A DNA stretch of 64,000 bases, from the IMG/VR virus record IMGVR_UViG_3300037502_002145, positions 51,872 through 115,871 of that record. One strand, written 5' to 3'. Source of the stretch: a virus. The notes beneath the pieces were generated by a model. It was not told the DNA's origin. It ran no database searches and saw only the letters and a list, made by a program, of their open reading frames with translations. Below, piece after piece: positions 8,727 through 19,965 of the stretch. Position numbers and translations under genes: made by a program. Position 1 is the first letter of the stretch; every line of letters begins with the position of its first letter.

Positions 8727-11700
8727 ATGAAAAGTAAAAATGAGAAATACAACTACATTATTACAAACTATGATAAATATAACCTTGAATTAACTAATGA
8801 GTATGACATGTTAATGCTGTTAAACAAACTAGAAGCATACGGAGAAACATTAGATAGTTTACACGATCTTGACGGTAACATGGACGGTTTTTGTGATTTA
8901 GTAGTAACAAATAACAGTTTATACACTGATTCAGAAGTTGCAAACGCCGTTATGGAATGTAATGCATTTTATGAAAGTAAAGAACAGTATTTAAAATATA
9001 CAGAAGAAGAAGGAGAAGACTTAGAGTTTTTATCTGAATTATGGGATAATCAATTAGAAGATGGAACAATAGTAAAAACAACAGATGGTTATGTTGAATT
9101 AGCAATCGTATAGAAAAGGGGTAAACAGAATATGAAACGTGAAACATTGGAACAAATAGCAGTCGATATTTTATCTCTATCAATGGAACACAATGGAGAA
9201 GAAGATCAAATAATAGAAGAAGTTAAAAACTTATCTGATGAAGAATTACAAAGATTTGTAAACGAATTATAAATTGAACTAACATTTTATTCATATTTTA
9301 GGAGGTACAGGCAATGAAAAAATATACCTATAGTCAACTACCTGCAAGCGGTAAAAAATTAGCACTAGACAATTATCGTTGCATAGTTGAACGTAAAGCA
9401 AGTAATAAAGAAGCCCAAGAGTATTATAATATGGGTGACGGTTACAATCCTATATTATTTAATAGTGAAGGGAATGAGGTAGACAACGATTAACAGTAAA
9501 TAGAATTAAGAATTTATCAATATTATAGGAGGATCTATCCATGAAAGAAAATCAAATAATCGTAGGTTATAAAGAAGGCAAGAAAGTTAAAATTAAAGGT
9601 AGTAAGTTAAAATGGAACGTATTAGAACCTATTACCCTAACAGTTGTAAAATAGTTAGTCATAGCATAACGGACGGCGTTTTAAATTGGTTCAATTCCAA
9701 TAATGCTATTATGAAATAAATATAAAACATAAAAGGAGATTAAGACAATATGAAAAACACTAAAATTTTAGAAATGATTAACAATGGAGAAATTGAAGAA
9801 CTAAAAGCACTATTACAAGATGAAATTTACAATGATACGCTAAACAGTAAAGCAGGATCAAAACAACGTTATGCGGCTATGAAACGTTATCAATCAAGTA
9901 TTGGTAAATATGATAATGAATTATTTAAACGTGTAGGCACTAACATTGATATTAAAGGAGAAAATTACAATTGTTTTATTGACGGTGTATGCCTTGCATT
10001 AACAACTGAAAACATTGGTGAACTAGAAAAACATGATAACAATAAACACGGTGAATATTTTAAAGTCGAAAGAATGATACCTGATTTATACATACCTCAC
10101 GGTAAAGTTAATTATAAAGAAATTCTAGCAGAAGCAAAACAATTAGGATATAAATTCTCTAAGGTAGCTAAAAATAATAAAATCACTGTTAAAATAAGCA
10201 ATGAACACTTAAACGTTGCTCTATTAGAAAAAGCATATAGCATAATAGATGATGGAGAAGAAGCAGAAATATTTATACCTAATGATAATGGAAAAAGTCC
10301 AGTAATATTTAAAACTTCAATTGGTATTTGTTTAGTGTTACCGATTAATATTAACAGCGATAATAATTTAGACTTAGTTATATTTGAAACAGAAATAAAA
10401 AATAAAAAAGTAGCTTAATGAAATAAATATAAAACATAAAAGGAGGTAATAATATTATGGATCTTGAAAAATTTTTAATAGAGTATGGGTTTTCAAATGA
10501 ACAAATAAAAACACTTATAAAAAAACGTACACTTAAAACAATGCACGGGGCTTATAAGTTAGATAAAAACAACAAGTTAACACTTAAAAGATATTAAATA
10601 GACTATAAAATCCTTGTTTTGTTGACAAGGTAGAAAAGAGGTAAACAGATGCAAAACATTAGAAGAAAGTTAGTTGATAAACTTTGTCAGAACTGGAAAT
10701 TTGATATAAATAATTTTGATAACATCATCATTACAGTAAATAATAAAGGCTATTCAAGAAAAATATATAATCGTTTCTATCCTGAACATGCATATATTAA
10801 TTTTAAAGGTGAAAAGTATTATTTTGAGAAGGAGAGGTAAACAAATTATGAAAACGGTTGATAATGATAAAATGACAATTACCTATGAAGATGAAAAGCT
10901 ATCATGTAAGAAATTTATTTATTTAACTTATGCAGATAGTAGCGACATAACATTTATCATGGAAGATATAATTGATATAAAATCAGGGCAATACGTTAGC
11001 ATGGAAGTAAAAGGCTTTTTCTTTGGTGAACCAACAATGGAAGGACTAAACGAATATTATAATAAGTTAAAAGCAGAATTCACATTATAAAATGAAAGGA
11101 AATAATAATATATGATTATTCAAGCAAGTAAAACAGAGGAAAATATTTATTTCAACTATGGAGAAGTTAACGAAACAGATCTAGAAAAATTAAAAGATAT
11201 AGCAGAAGACATATTTCCTATACTGTGCAATTCATGGAATTGCGATGATATTACATTCAGATTTGTAAATAACAAAAAAATAATCGATACATTTAGATTA
11301 TGGAGTTAAACAGAAACAGTAAACAAAACAATTATTTGATTTAAATAGAAGGAGTTTAACATGATAACAAAAAGTGATATAGAAATGAAAACTTATGCAA
11401 TATGGAAAGATCAGAAAGTAATAGGTTATATTGAACTAACAGAAGAACAAGCAAACAAATTAAACAGTAATCCTTTAACTGGTTTATATTTTGGTTTTGA
11501 CAGAGTAACGAATCCAGAAAAGTATGTACATTAATAGAAAGGCTATTTGATCTTATAAGGAGGTTATAAAACAATGTTTGAAATTGACAAAGATTATTTT
11601 GCAGACAATCCGCGAAATTATGATGATTGGATTAAGTATCCGATTACAGTATTCAAAAGAACAAAAAATTATTTATGGATTTACCACAAACACACGTTAA

Positions 11701-12189
11701 AAGATGAAGAGACTATAAGCGAGGATAAGTGCAAAAAGGTTAAAATTTATATGACAAATGGAGGATATGAGGGAATAAAAGTTAATGATGCATATTTTTA
11801 TGCAGCATGAAAGGGTTATTTTATCACTAGGAAGGAGATATTGAACAATGATTAAAGAAGAGTTAAAACAGAAAATAGAAGAACATAAACAGGAAAATAT
11901 AAGATTATATAACATTTTCCAATATAGATTACATGATGAAGAAATGCAAACTCTAATTAATCAATGGAGAGAAGGTAGCGCAAAATTAAAAGCATTAGAT
12001 AATGAATTGAATCAACTGGAAATGAAAGAACGTGACGAAAAACTAGCAAGCAAAGGTAATAAACAGGAAACAAAAACTTTTATAAATGGTTACGGAGAAT
12101 CAACAAACAAATATATAACAAGTTCAACATATGAAAGAGCAGAAAAGCGAAGACAAAAAGAAGTATTGTCTTTTATGGGTAATAGATAA
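8727..12189 (+). other. early-region run of small hypothetical ORFs (8727-9113, 9132-9272, 9314-9493, 9750-10418, 10649-10840, 10848-11090, 11112-11309, 11574-11810, 11848-12189 and others)
   Basis: Each has a strong GGAG/GGAGG RBS; co-oriented; many are separated by ATAAAA-N6-TTTTAT-type sites; no recognisable domains. Confidence 0.7.
9662..9708 (+). ncRNA. tRNA-like T-arm/acceptor mini-structure
   Basis: ATTGG-TTCAATT-CCAAT T-arm stacked on a TAGCAT/ATGCTA stem. Confidence 0.4.
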
Positions 12190-12470
12190 AAAGTATTAAA
12201 CACAATAATAGGAGGGTTATAACATGTTAACATTTGAGGAAATAAGTACAACACAAACAGAAGATAAAGAGTATATCGCAATAGGTGACAACGACAAGGA
12301 ATACGACGCACACTGGACAACAAAATATAACGGTGTAATGTTCTTTTGTATTCCTTCAACCGTTCAAGTGTTAGGATATAAAGAAAAATAAACAATAATA
12401 ATATAGTACAAACTATTGACAAAACTACTAGTTATATAGTAAAATAGTTATTGTAAGGAGGTTATAACAC

Positions 12471-12638
12471 ATGCCAAACAATCAAGCTAAACAGCGTAAG
12501 TCAGAAATCGGGATTAGCTTTAAAGTGAATAATGATTTTTATAAGAAAGTCAAGATACAAGCTACAGAAGAAGAAAAGACAATAAAAGATTTTATCATCG
12601 AATTAATGGAGCAGAAAACAGGAACTAAAAACAAATAA
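12471..12638 (+). CDS. ribbon-helix-helix family regulator (55 aa, not in the ORF track)
   Basis: MPNNQAKQRKSEIGISFKVNNDFYKKVKIQATEEEKTIKDFIIELME; AAGGAGG RBS; TTGACA promoter at 12416. Confidence 0.6.
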   Translation: MPNNQAKQRKSEIGISFKVNNDFYKKVKIQATEEEKTIKDFIIELMEQKTGTKNK

Positions 12639-12668
12639 TAATAACAATATGAAACGGAGGAAATAAAA

Positions 12669-14342
12669 ATGTCAACATATTATGAATATAGGGAAGTTGG
12701 AGTTATGATTGCACATAAATTAATGAATATGGAAGGTTGGAAAGTTTACGGATATCATGCAGACGAAAGCGACAGTATGACAGATTATTATTCTCCTGCA
12801 TGTTGGAACGGAGTAGCAGAAAAGAACGGCTATATTTTATGTGTAAATGTTTACGGATCAGCAAAACAAGAGGAAATAAGAAAATACAATTATAAAAACT
12901 TTTCTTATAGTAATGATATAAGCGAAAAGATCAAAAAGCTTGAAGCAATGACAACAGAACGAGGTGCAAGTGAACAGGAAGAACAAAGCGCAAAAATGAT
13001 GATTGAAAAATTACAGAAAAAAGCAGAAACAGAAGTAGAAAACAATAATAAATATGTTGTTACAGGTTATATGCCTGGACATATGGCACACCCTCCAAAG
13101 TGTAACTGGCATATAGAGAAAGATGGCGTTATTATTGCAAAGGGTAACGGAATACTAAAATATAGTGAAGTTGATAATTATTATAAATACGATAGTTATA
13201 AAAAAGATATGAATGATTTTAGAAAGAAGTCAAAAGCGGAATATATAAAGGAATATGTAACAGATTATCAAAGACGATATAACGAATCAGATGTTGAAAA
13301 GATCACAAAATGGGCTGAAAGTCATTATAATGATATGTTAAAGAAAAGTAATTTAATGAAACAATTTGAAGAATTTGTGAATAAATTAGATACAACTTGC
13401 GGTTGTTTAGTTGGTGAAGGTAGTCTTGAAACATACGAAAAAATCACTGTAACAGAATATAAAACAGAAAATAAAGCAATAGAAACAACAAGCGGAAGTA
13501 TTAAAGAAGGTCAATGCTTTATAGTAAAAACTTCTTTTAATTATGGTCATAATAAAGGTTATGTTTACCGTATACATGAAACAGAATATAACGGAAGAAA
13601 AGGTTTTCATGCGGTAAAACTAAACGGAAAATTAACAAAGGAATGCACAGGTACAGCCAACAAATCTAATTATTGGTATTTGACAGAAAATTTTATAAGA
13701 TGGTTTGAAAAGGGAAGTCTTTCTTTCTGTAACATTGAAGAAGTTAAAACACCTTACGAAGTGGAAAAGGTAGTTAAAAAGGTTATTAAATCAGAAATGG
13801 AAGAACAACCAAAACAAGAAAAGAAAGCAACCACAAAACAACCAGAACGGACAGCAACAACAAAATCAAATAATCTGACATATGATATTAAAGAAGATAC
13901 TGACACCAGAGACAACAGCAAAATTTATGTTGTAAAGGTTATCGAAAAACTAGACAAAGACGAATATATAAAAGTTAATAACTATATGAAGTCAATCGGA
14001 GGATATTATAGCAAATTCAAACATGGCTTTATATTCAAGAATGATCCTACAGAATTTCTGAACAGTGATATTAAACATGAAGAAACAACAACACAAGAAA
14101 AACAAAAACAACAAGCTGAGCAGCCAACACCAGAAGTCAAGCAGCCAGAAGTGAAACCGATTGATTTTGAGATAGAACAAAAGGATAAAATCTGGTTAGT
14201 TAAAATTAAAGATAATTTATCAAAGGATAAGTTTGCAGAGGTAAAACGAAATTTTGCAATACTCAAAGGGTTTTATTCTGGTTTGCATAGTAGTTTTATT
14301 TTCAAATATGATCCAACCGAAAAATTACAAAACAGTGCATAA
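12669..14342 (+). CDS. large hypothetical protein with a duplicated C-terminal domain (polyvalent-protein-like)
   Basis: Two internal copies: VKVIEKLDKDEY...GGYYSKFKHGFIFKNDP and VKIKDNLSKDKF...KGFYSGLHSSFIFKYDP. Confidence 0.6.
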   Translation: MSTYYEYREVGVMIAHKLMNMEGWKVYGYHADESDSMTDYYSPACWNGVAEKNGYILCVNVYGSAKQEEIRKYNYKNFSYSNDISEKIKKLEAMTTERGASEQEEQSAKMMIEKLQKKAETEVENNNKYVVTGYMPGHMAHPPKCNWHIEKDGVIIAKGNGILKYSEVDNYYKYDSYKKDMNDFRKKSKAEYIKEYVTDYQRRYNESDVEKITKWAESHYNDMLKKSNLMKQFEEFVNKLDTTCGCLVGEGSLETYEKITVTEYKTENKAIETTSGSIKEGQCFIVKTSFNYGHNKGYVYRIHETEYNGRKGFHAVKLNGKLTKECTGTANKSNYWYLTENFIRWFEKGSLSFCNIEEVKTPYEVEKVVKKVIKSEMEEQPKQEKKATTKQPERTATTKSNNLTYDIKEDTDTRDNSKIYVVKVIEKLDKDEYIKVNNYMKSIGGYYSKFKHGFIFKNDPTEFLNSDIKHEETTTQEKQKQQAEQPTPEVKQPEVKPIDFEIEQKDKIWLVKIKDNLSKDKFAEVKRNFAILKGFYSGLHSSFIFKYDPTEKLQNSA

Positions 14343-14357
14343 TAGGAGGAATTAAAA

Positions 14358-16019
14358 ATGTTTACAGACAACAAAGACTTCTACCCAACCCCAGACCATC
14401 TAATTAACAAGATGGTTTCGGGATTAGATTTTAATTACATACACAGTATACTAGAACCATCAGCCGGTAAAGGAAATATAATTGATAAGTTAAAAGAAAT
14501 TGAAAAGCCAGCTTACAGTTATAGTAGTAAGAAATATAATTTTGATATTGATTGTATAGAAATTGACGATAATTTGAGAAGCATATTAAAAGATAAAAAC
14601 TATAGGTTAGTATATAACGACTTCCTGACCTATGATACTATGAAAGAATACGATTTAATTATAGCAAATTTTCCATTCTCAAGCGGTGTCAAACATATGC
14701 TAAAAGCTCTAGAAATGCAAGAAAGAAACGGAGGCGCAATAATATGCCTATTGAACGCTGAAACGCTTAAAAACGATTATACAAACGATAGAAAGTTATT
14801 AAACAGAAAGTTATCAGAGTATAGTGCAACTATTGAATATTTACAAGAATCATTTATAGGAGCAGAACGCAGTACGTCAGTTGAAGTAGCACTAATTAAG
14901 GTTAAATTACCAGAAGTAAAAAGAGATAGTTTTATATTAGATGGACTAAGAAAAGCACAAGAACAGCGAGAAATTGAAGAAACAGAACAAACAGCAATAG
15001 TTGAGAATGATTTCTTTAAATCAATTATTGACCAATACCAATTAGAAGTTGAAGCTGGTATTAATTTAATAAAAGAATATAAAGCAATGAGCAAATATAT
15101 CCTTTCAGAGTTTGCAAAGGATGAAGAGACAGGCGAAACAATCCAAAAAGGAAATTGTATTTTAAAATTAGATTTGTCAAGTTATCACGATGGGTATAGA
15201 AGTAATCTTACAATAAACGGATATATAAAAGAAGTGCGTAAAAAGTATTGGAAAGCTTTATTTAATAATAAAGAATTTGTTGGAAAGCTTACCGAAAATT
15301 TAAGGCAAGACTTTTATAATAGACTTGAAGATCTAAGTAATTATGATTTTTCATTATATAATATTTATGAATTAAAAATAGAAATGAGCAAAAAAGTTGT
15401 TAAAGGCATTGAAGAAACAATCATTTCATTATTTGAAGAATTAAGCCATAAGCACTCATGGGATAAAGAGTATTCAAGCAACATTCATTATTATAACGGC
15501 TGGAAAACTAATAAAAGTTGGATCATTAATAAGAAGGTTATTATTCCTTTAAATGCTTATGATAACTATTCAGGACGATTTCAACCGACAAAATACCCAT
15601 CAAAAGCAATTGATAAACTTACAGACATTGAAAAGTGTTTTAATTATCTTGACGGTGGATTAACAGAGGCAATAGACATTGAAGAGTCTTTGAAGTTTGC
15701 AGAAGAATTCGGGGAAACAAAAGACATACAACTAAAGTATTTTACAGTAACATTTTATAAAAAAGGTACTTGTCATATTGTATTCAGTGATGAAAAATTA
15801 CTCAAAAAGTTTAATATATTTGGATCGCAACAAAAGGGCTGGTTGCCACCATCTTACGGTAAATCAACATATAAAGATATGTCAGCAGAAGAAAAAGCCG
15901 TTATAAACGAATTTGAGGGCGAGAAAGCATATCAAGATACACTTGCAAATAAGAATTATTATATATTCAATTCCAATAGCATATTAATGTTAGAGGATAA
16001 TGTCGAAAAATCAGCTTAA
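14358..16019 (+). CDS. DUF4942-type class I SAM-dependent (N6-adenine) DNA methyltransferase-like protein
   Basis: DFYPTP, ILEPSAGKG motif I, CIEID, DFL, IIANFPF motif IV variant, C-terminal YFTVTFYKKGTCHI. Confidence 0.75.
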   Translation: MFTDNKDFYPTPDHLINKMVSGLDFNYIHSILEPSAGKGNIIDKLKEIEKPAYSYSSKKYNFDIDCIEIDDNLRSILKDKNYRLVYNDFLTYDTMKEYDLIIANFPFSSGVKHMLKALEMQERNGGAIICLLNAETLKNDYTNDRKLLNRKLSEYSATIEYLQESFIGAERSTSVEVALIKVKLPEVKRDSFILDGLRKAQEQREIEETEQTAIVENDFFKSIIDQYQLEVEAGINLIKEYKAMSKYILSEFAKDEETGETIQKGNCILKLDLSSYHDGYRSNLTINGYIKEVRKKYWKALFNNKEFVGKLTENLRQDFYNRLEDLSNYDFSLYNIYELKIEMSKKVVKGIEETIISLFEELSHKHSWDKEYSSNIHYYNGWKTNKSWIINKKVIIPLNAYDNYSGRFQPTKYPSKAIDKLTDIEKCFNYLDGGLTEAIDIEESLKFAEEFGETKDIQLKYFTVTFYKKGTCHIVFSDEKLLKKFNIFGSQQKGWLPPSYGKSTYKDMSAEEKAVINEFEGEKAYQDTLANKNYYIFNSNSILMLEDNVEKSA

Positions 16020-16156
16020 GTTATTCAACGTAATTAATATAAAACTATTGACAAATGGGTAAAGTAGTATTATAATGATATTAACATAATAAATATAAAA
16101 CTGAAATATCAATAAACTTGTAATTTTATGGTCTTAATAAGACTAAGACAGAAAGG

Positions 16157-17836
16157 ATGACAAACATGTTATATATAGAAGATAAAAATAAATTAACAAC
16201 TGAGCAATTAAAGTATAAAACTAATTCACCTCAATATCACTTCTTTGAAAGCTTATTTAAATATGGATGTTATTGGCTAGGAAGAACACATAAAGAGGGT
16301 ATAGAATTCGAAAATGAAATGATATCTGTATTAGACAAATTGGGGATAAAATACAATATTGTACCAAATTTTAAACTAGAAATCTAATATAAATAATAGA
16401 ATTTATCTTATGAAAGGAGACAAACAAATGGATAATTGGGAGCATGAAATGTTTCAACAAATGTGTATTGAAGACGATATTTATGAACAAAAAGACGAAC
16501 AAAGAGAATATGACGAATGTATGTCTGATTATTATAGCGGTAGTATGCAAATATAGATAAAAAGCAGATTTCATATAAGAAAGCGAGGTATATTAATGGA
16601 AGATAAAATTATGCAGATAATTAAAGAAGACGAATTCTTTTGTCCTAACGAAACGGGATTTTATGATAAACCACAAGAAACATTTAACGCAATTAAAAAA
16701 CTAGTGGATAAAGGATTAATAAGAAAAAGAAATTGTTTAGGGTTAGCATATGAATTAAACAAACAGTAAATAAAAGAATGTTTCTATTAACAGAAAGGAA
16801 TCAAAATGGAAAGAAGAAAAGTGTTATTTACTACTGGTATGACAGATGATAAACAGATAATTATTACAGATGCATCAAAAGAAGAAATTGAAAAGTGGTG
16901 TTATAGATATAATGAATCATTAGAAAATGGGAAAAGTATAGAACCATTTGACACTTTAAAAACTCAATACTATGTGAAAGAATTACATGATTCTGAAATT
17001 GATGATAATGAAAACGTAGACATTATTGGATATGACGAAGTATACGATCTATTTGATTATTACAGTAAATAAAAAGTAAATTTTATAAACAATAAACATA
17101 TAATGGAGGATTCAATCATGAAACAATATTATTACATCCTAATCAATGGCAAGAAAGCCTATACTAACGATAATCCACCAGCTAAGAAAATCGCAATATT
17201 AACACAGACAATAAACAATTTCAAGCATAAAACTATGATTTTTTGATAACAATACTAATATAAAACTTAAAGCTACTATTATACCGGATAATTGATTGAT
17301 ATATAGTCAAGTGGGTTCAACTCCTACTAGTAGCCATTCCATAATAAACGAAAGGAGAGAAACACAATGTCAACCTTTTACGACTGGTTGAAACTAAAGA
17401 AAGGTATTACAAAGAAATTATACGGTTGTTTGAGCCTTATTAAACAGAACGACCTCAGGGATGAATACTATAAATTATCAAAGAAACATTAGAAAGGAAA
17501 TTAAACAATGAAGAAGAATACATACAATAAAACAGACAAGATACTAACAGAAAGCATAGATTTAATAAACAGATCCAATAGACTAATTAATGACTTAACA
17601 GAGTTAGCAACAAAGTTAGAGCAGCTTAACGAAAGGATGGTAAAACAATGATATATTTAAACTATTTTAAACGATATATAAGCCGATATAGCCGGTTAGA
17701 ATTAGTAGGCATAGTATTTACTCTCTTAATGAGTTTGTGGCTCATATTAAGCTATATGGACATTGTAGCGAATAATCTTAGCACTTATACGTATGCGAAA
17801 TGGAATATAATAATTCTATTATCAAATATATTTTAA
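16157..17836 (+). other. run of small hypothetical ORFs (e.g. 16157-16387, 16806-17072, 17648-17836)
   Basis: RBS-led ORFs behind the TTGACA/TATAAT promoter at ~16048; several separated by motif-B sites. Confidence 0.6.
17272..17336 (+). ncRNA. compact tRNA-like RNA element
   Basis: 7-bp acceptor GCTACTA/TAGTAGC, T-arm GTGGG-TTCAACT-CCTAC, TTGAT/GTCAA arm, minimal D-arm, no variable loop. Confidence 0.5.
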
Positions 17837-18010
17837 CGATATTAATATAAAACTTTATATTGACATTGAGTTTGAATAGTATTATAATGATAGTAGTTAA
17901 ACAGATTGAAGAAAACTGGAAAAGGTTGTATAATGTATCAATAAAATATTGATTTTATTGTATATAATGGTAACTTGAAAACCAGCGTCTTATTTGATAT
18001 ACTGAATAAG

Positions 18011-18080
18011 GCACATAAGTCTTATAAATGATTATTATTGTTCTCTTTACAAATTACAATATCATCATTGCCTTATGTGC
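18011..18080 (+). ncRNA. long stem-loop leader or sRNA with a loop complementary to 18377-18389
   Basis: GCACATAAG/CTTATGTGC outer stem; TTGAAA-17-TATACT promoter just upstream. Confidence 0.45.
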
Positions 18081-18096
18081 TATTTTTATATAAGGA

Positions 18097-18318
18097 GTGA
18101 CAATAATGATTAAATCAAAATTAAAAGTATTACTAGCTTTACATGATATGACACAAAAGGAGTTGGCAGAAAAGACAGGCGTAAGACCTGAGACTATAAG
18201 TAATATTATCAATAATAAAATACGTCAAATTCCAGTAGATGCATTGAATTCTATATGTTATCTATTTGATTGCCAACCGAATGATGTATTTGAATTTACC
18301 AAAGAAAATAACGAATAA
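18097..18318 (+). CDS. XRE/Cro family HTH regulator (YozG-like)
   Basis: MTQKELAEKTGVRPETISNI...LNSICYLFDCQPNDVFEF. Confidence 0.85.
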   Translation: MTIMIKSKLKVLLALHDMTQKELAEKTGVRPETISNIINNKIRQIPVDALNSICYLFDCQPNDVFEFTKENNE

Positions 18319-18420
18319 ATAAAAATAATTTAAAATAACCGTTGACAAATATGCTTATTCGTTATATAATTATAAATGTAAAGAGAACATAGTAATTACA
18401 TTTATAAGGAGGAAATAAGC

Positions 18421-18714
18421 ATGAGCAAAGAAGATTTAAGTAAAGTAGTAGATTTACAAGAGGAACTTGGTAATCCGTTCATCGTAATACATAAGCCAAA
18501 AGCAAAGAATAAAATAGTTGAGTACGATTCTGACACCGCAGCTTTTGATATTATGAATAATGAAATGATATTTGATTTTTGGGAACTGGAAGGCTTTAGT
18601 ATTGGATTAGATAAAATCAAATCAGTTATTACCAATGTAATTGACAACATGACAGTTGTGTATTTGAAACTTAAATATGGAAATACAATAATGTTACATT
18701 TTATGAGTAGATAG
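18421..18714 (+). CDS. hypothetical protein
   Basis: RBS-led ORF behind the TTGACA(18342)/TATAAT(18365) promoter. Confidence 0.6.
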   Translation: MSKEDLSKVVDLQEELGNPFIVIHKPKAKNKIVEYDSDTAAFDIMNNEMIFDFWELEGFSIGLDKIKSVITNVIDNMTVVYLKLKYGNTIMLHFMSR

Positions 18715-18744
18715 CTCTTGTATTTTGAAAGGAAGTGAATTGTA

Positions 18745-19965
18745 ATGAAAACCACAAGAGCAGAACAACATATTATCAAAAAGAACAATCCTTTATGGCA
18801 AGTAGTAGACATCATGTGTTTTAAATCTAAGAACCTATATAACTTTGCCAATTATATTATAAGGCAAGAATTTATCAACAATGGTAACTGGATACATTAC
18901 AATTCACTTTTTGATTTATGTAAAGAAAGTGAACCATATAAAGATTTAGGTAGCAATGTTGGTCAGGCAACATTAAGATTGTTGGATAAAAACTGGAAAT
19001 CATTCTTCAAAGCCATAAAAGATTGGAAACAGTATCCAAGTAAGTATTTAGGTAGACCTAGATTACCAAAGTATAAACCTAAAGATGGTAGATTTATTTT
19101 AAGTATTGATAATAATAAGGTAATGCTGAAGGATGGCTATATATACTTTGCTTGGAAACCATTAAAAGTATTGAATAACCACTTTATTACTAAAATACCA
19201 CAAGATTGTAAAGTATTTCAATGCAGATTTATACCAAGTGGATCAAATTATACAATGGAAATAGTATATGAGATTGAAGTATCTGAACAACCGGAACATT
19301 CAGAAAGAATTATAAGCATTGATTTAGGAGTTGATAACTTTGTAACTATTACAAATAACATTGGACTAAAACCATTTGTTATTAAAGGCGGAGTAATTAA
19401 GTCAGTAAATCAATATTATAATAAAGAAAAAGCAAGAATACAATCCGAATTGAAAAAGGTTAATAAAAAAGATTGGAGTAATAAGTTACAGAAGTTGACT
19501 GATAAACGTAATAACAAAATTAAGTATTTGATGCATGTTTATAGCAAAAATATTATTGATTACTGCTTAAAGAATGGGATTGATACTATTGTATGCGGTT
19601 ACAACAAAGAGTGGAAACAAGAATCTGAAATGACTAAGAAAACTAATCAAAAATTTGTAACCATACCATATGAAATATTTATAAGCATGTTAGATTATAA
19701 ATCATTAGATAGTGGCAAGAAGTTTATTTTGAATGAGGAAGGCTATACGTCTGGAACATCATTTTTAGACAACGAAGAACCAATTAAGACTAACTACAAT
19801 AAAAGTAGAAGAGTTCATAGAGGTTTATTTGTTAGCAACAATGGTATTAAAGTCAATGCTGATGTAAACGGAAGTTACCAGATAATGAAGAAAGTATTCC
19901 CAAACGTCTTTGACAATGGGATAGAGGGTGCAGGTTTACACCCAATGGTATTTAAAATTGCCTAA
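18745..19965 (+). CDS. tnpB: RNA-guided endonuclease TnpB (IS200/IS605-IS607 accessory), orphan
   Basis: KNLYNFANY, PRLPKYK, SIDLGVDN, EEGYTS, NADVNGSYQI; RuvC-II position reads VCGYN; no adjacent tnpA. Confidence 0.9.
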   Translation: MKTTRAEQHIIKKNNPLWQVVDIMCFKSKNLYNFANYIIRQEFINNGNWIHYNSLFDLCKESEPYKDLGSNVGQATLRLLDKNWKSFFKAIKDWKQYPSKYLGRPRLPKYKPKDGRFILSIDNNKVMLKDGYIYFAWKPLKVLNNHFITKIPQDCKVFQCRFIPSGSNYTMEIVYEIEVSEQPEHSERIISIDLGVDNFVTITNNIGLKPFVIKGGVIKSVNQYYNKEKARIQSELKKVNKKDWSNKLQKLTDKRNNKIKYLMHVYSKNIIDYCLKNGIDTIVCGYNKEWKQESEMTKKTNQKFVTIPYEIFISMLDYKSLDSGKKFILNEEGYTSGTSFLDNEEPIKTNYNKSRRVHRGLFVSNNGIKVNADVNGSYQIMKKVFPNVFDNGIEGAGLHPMVFKIA

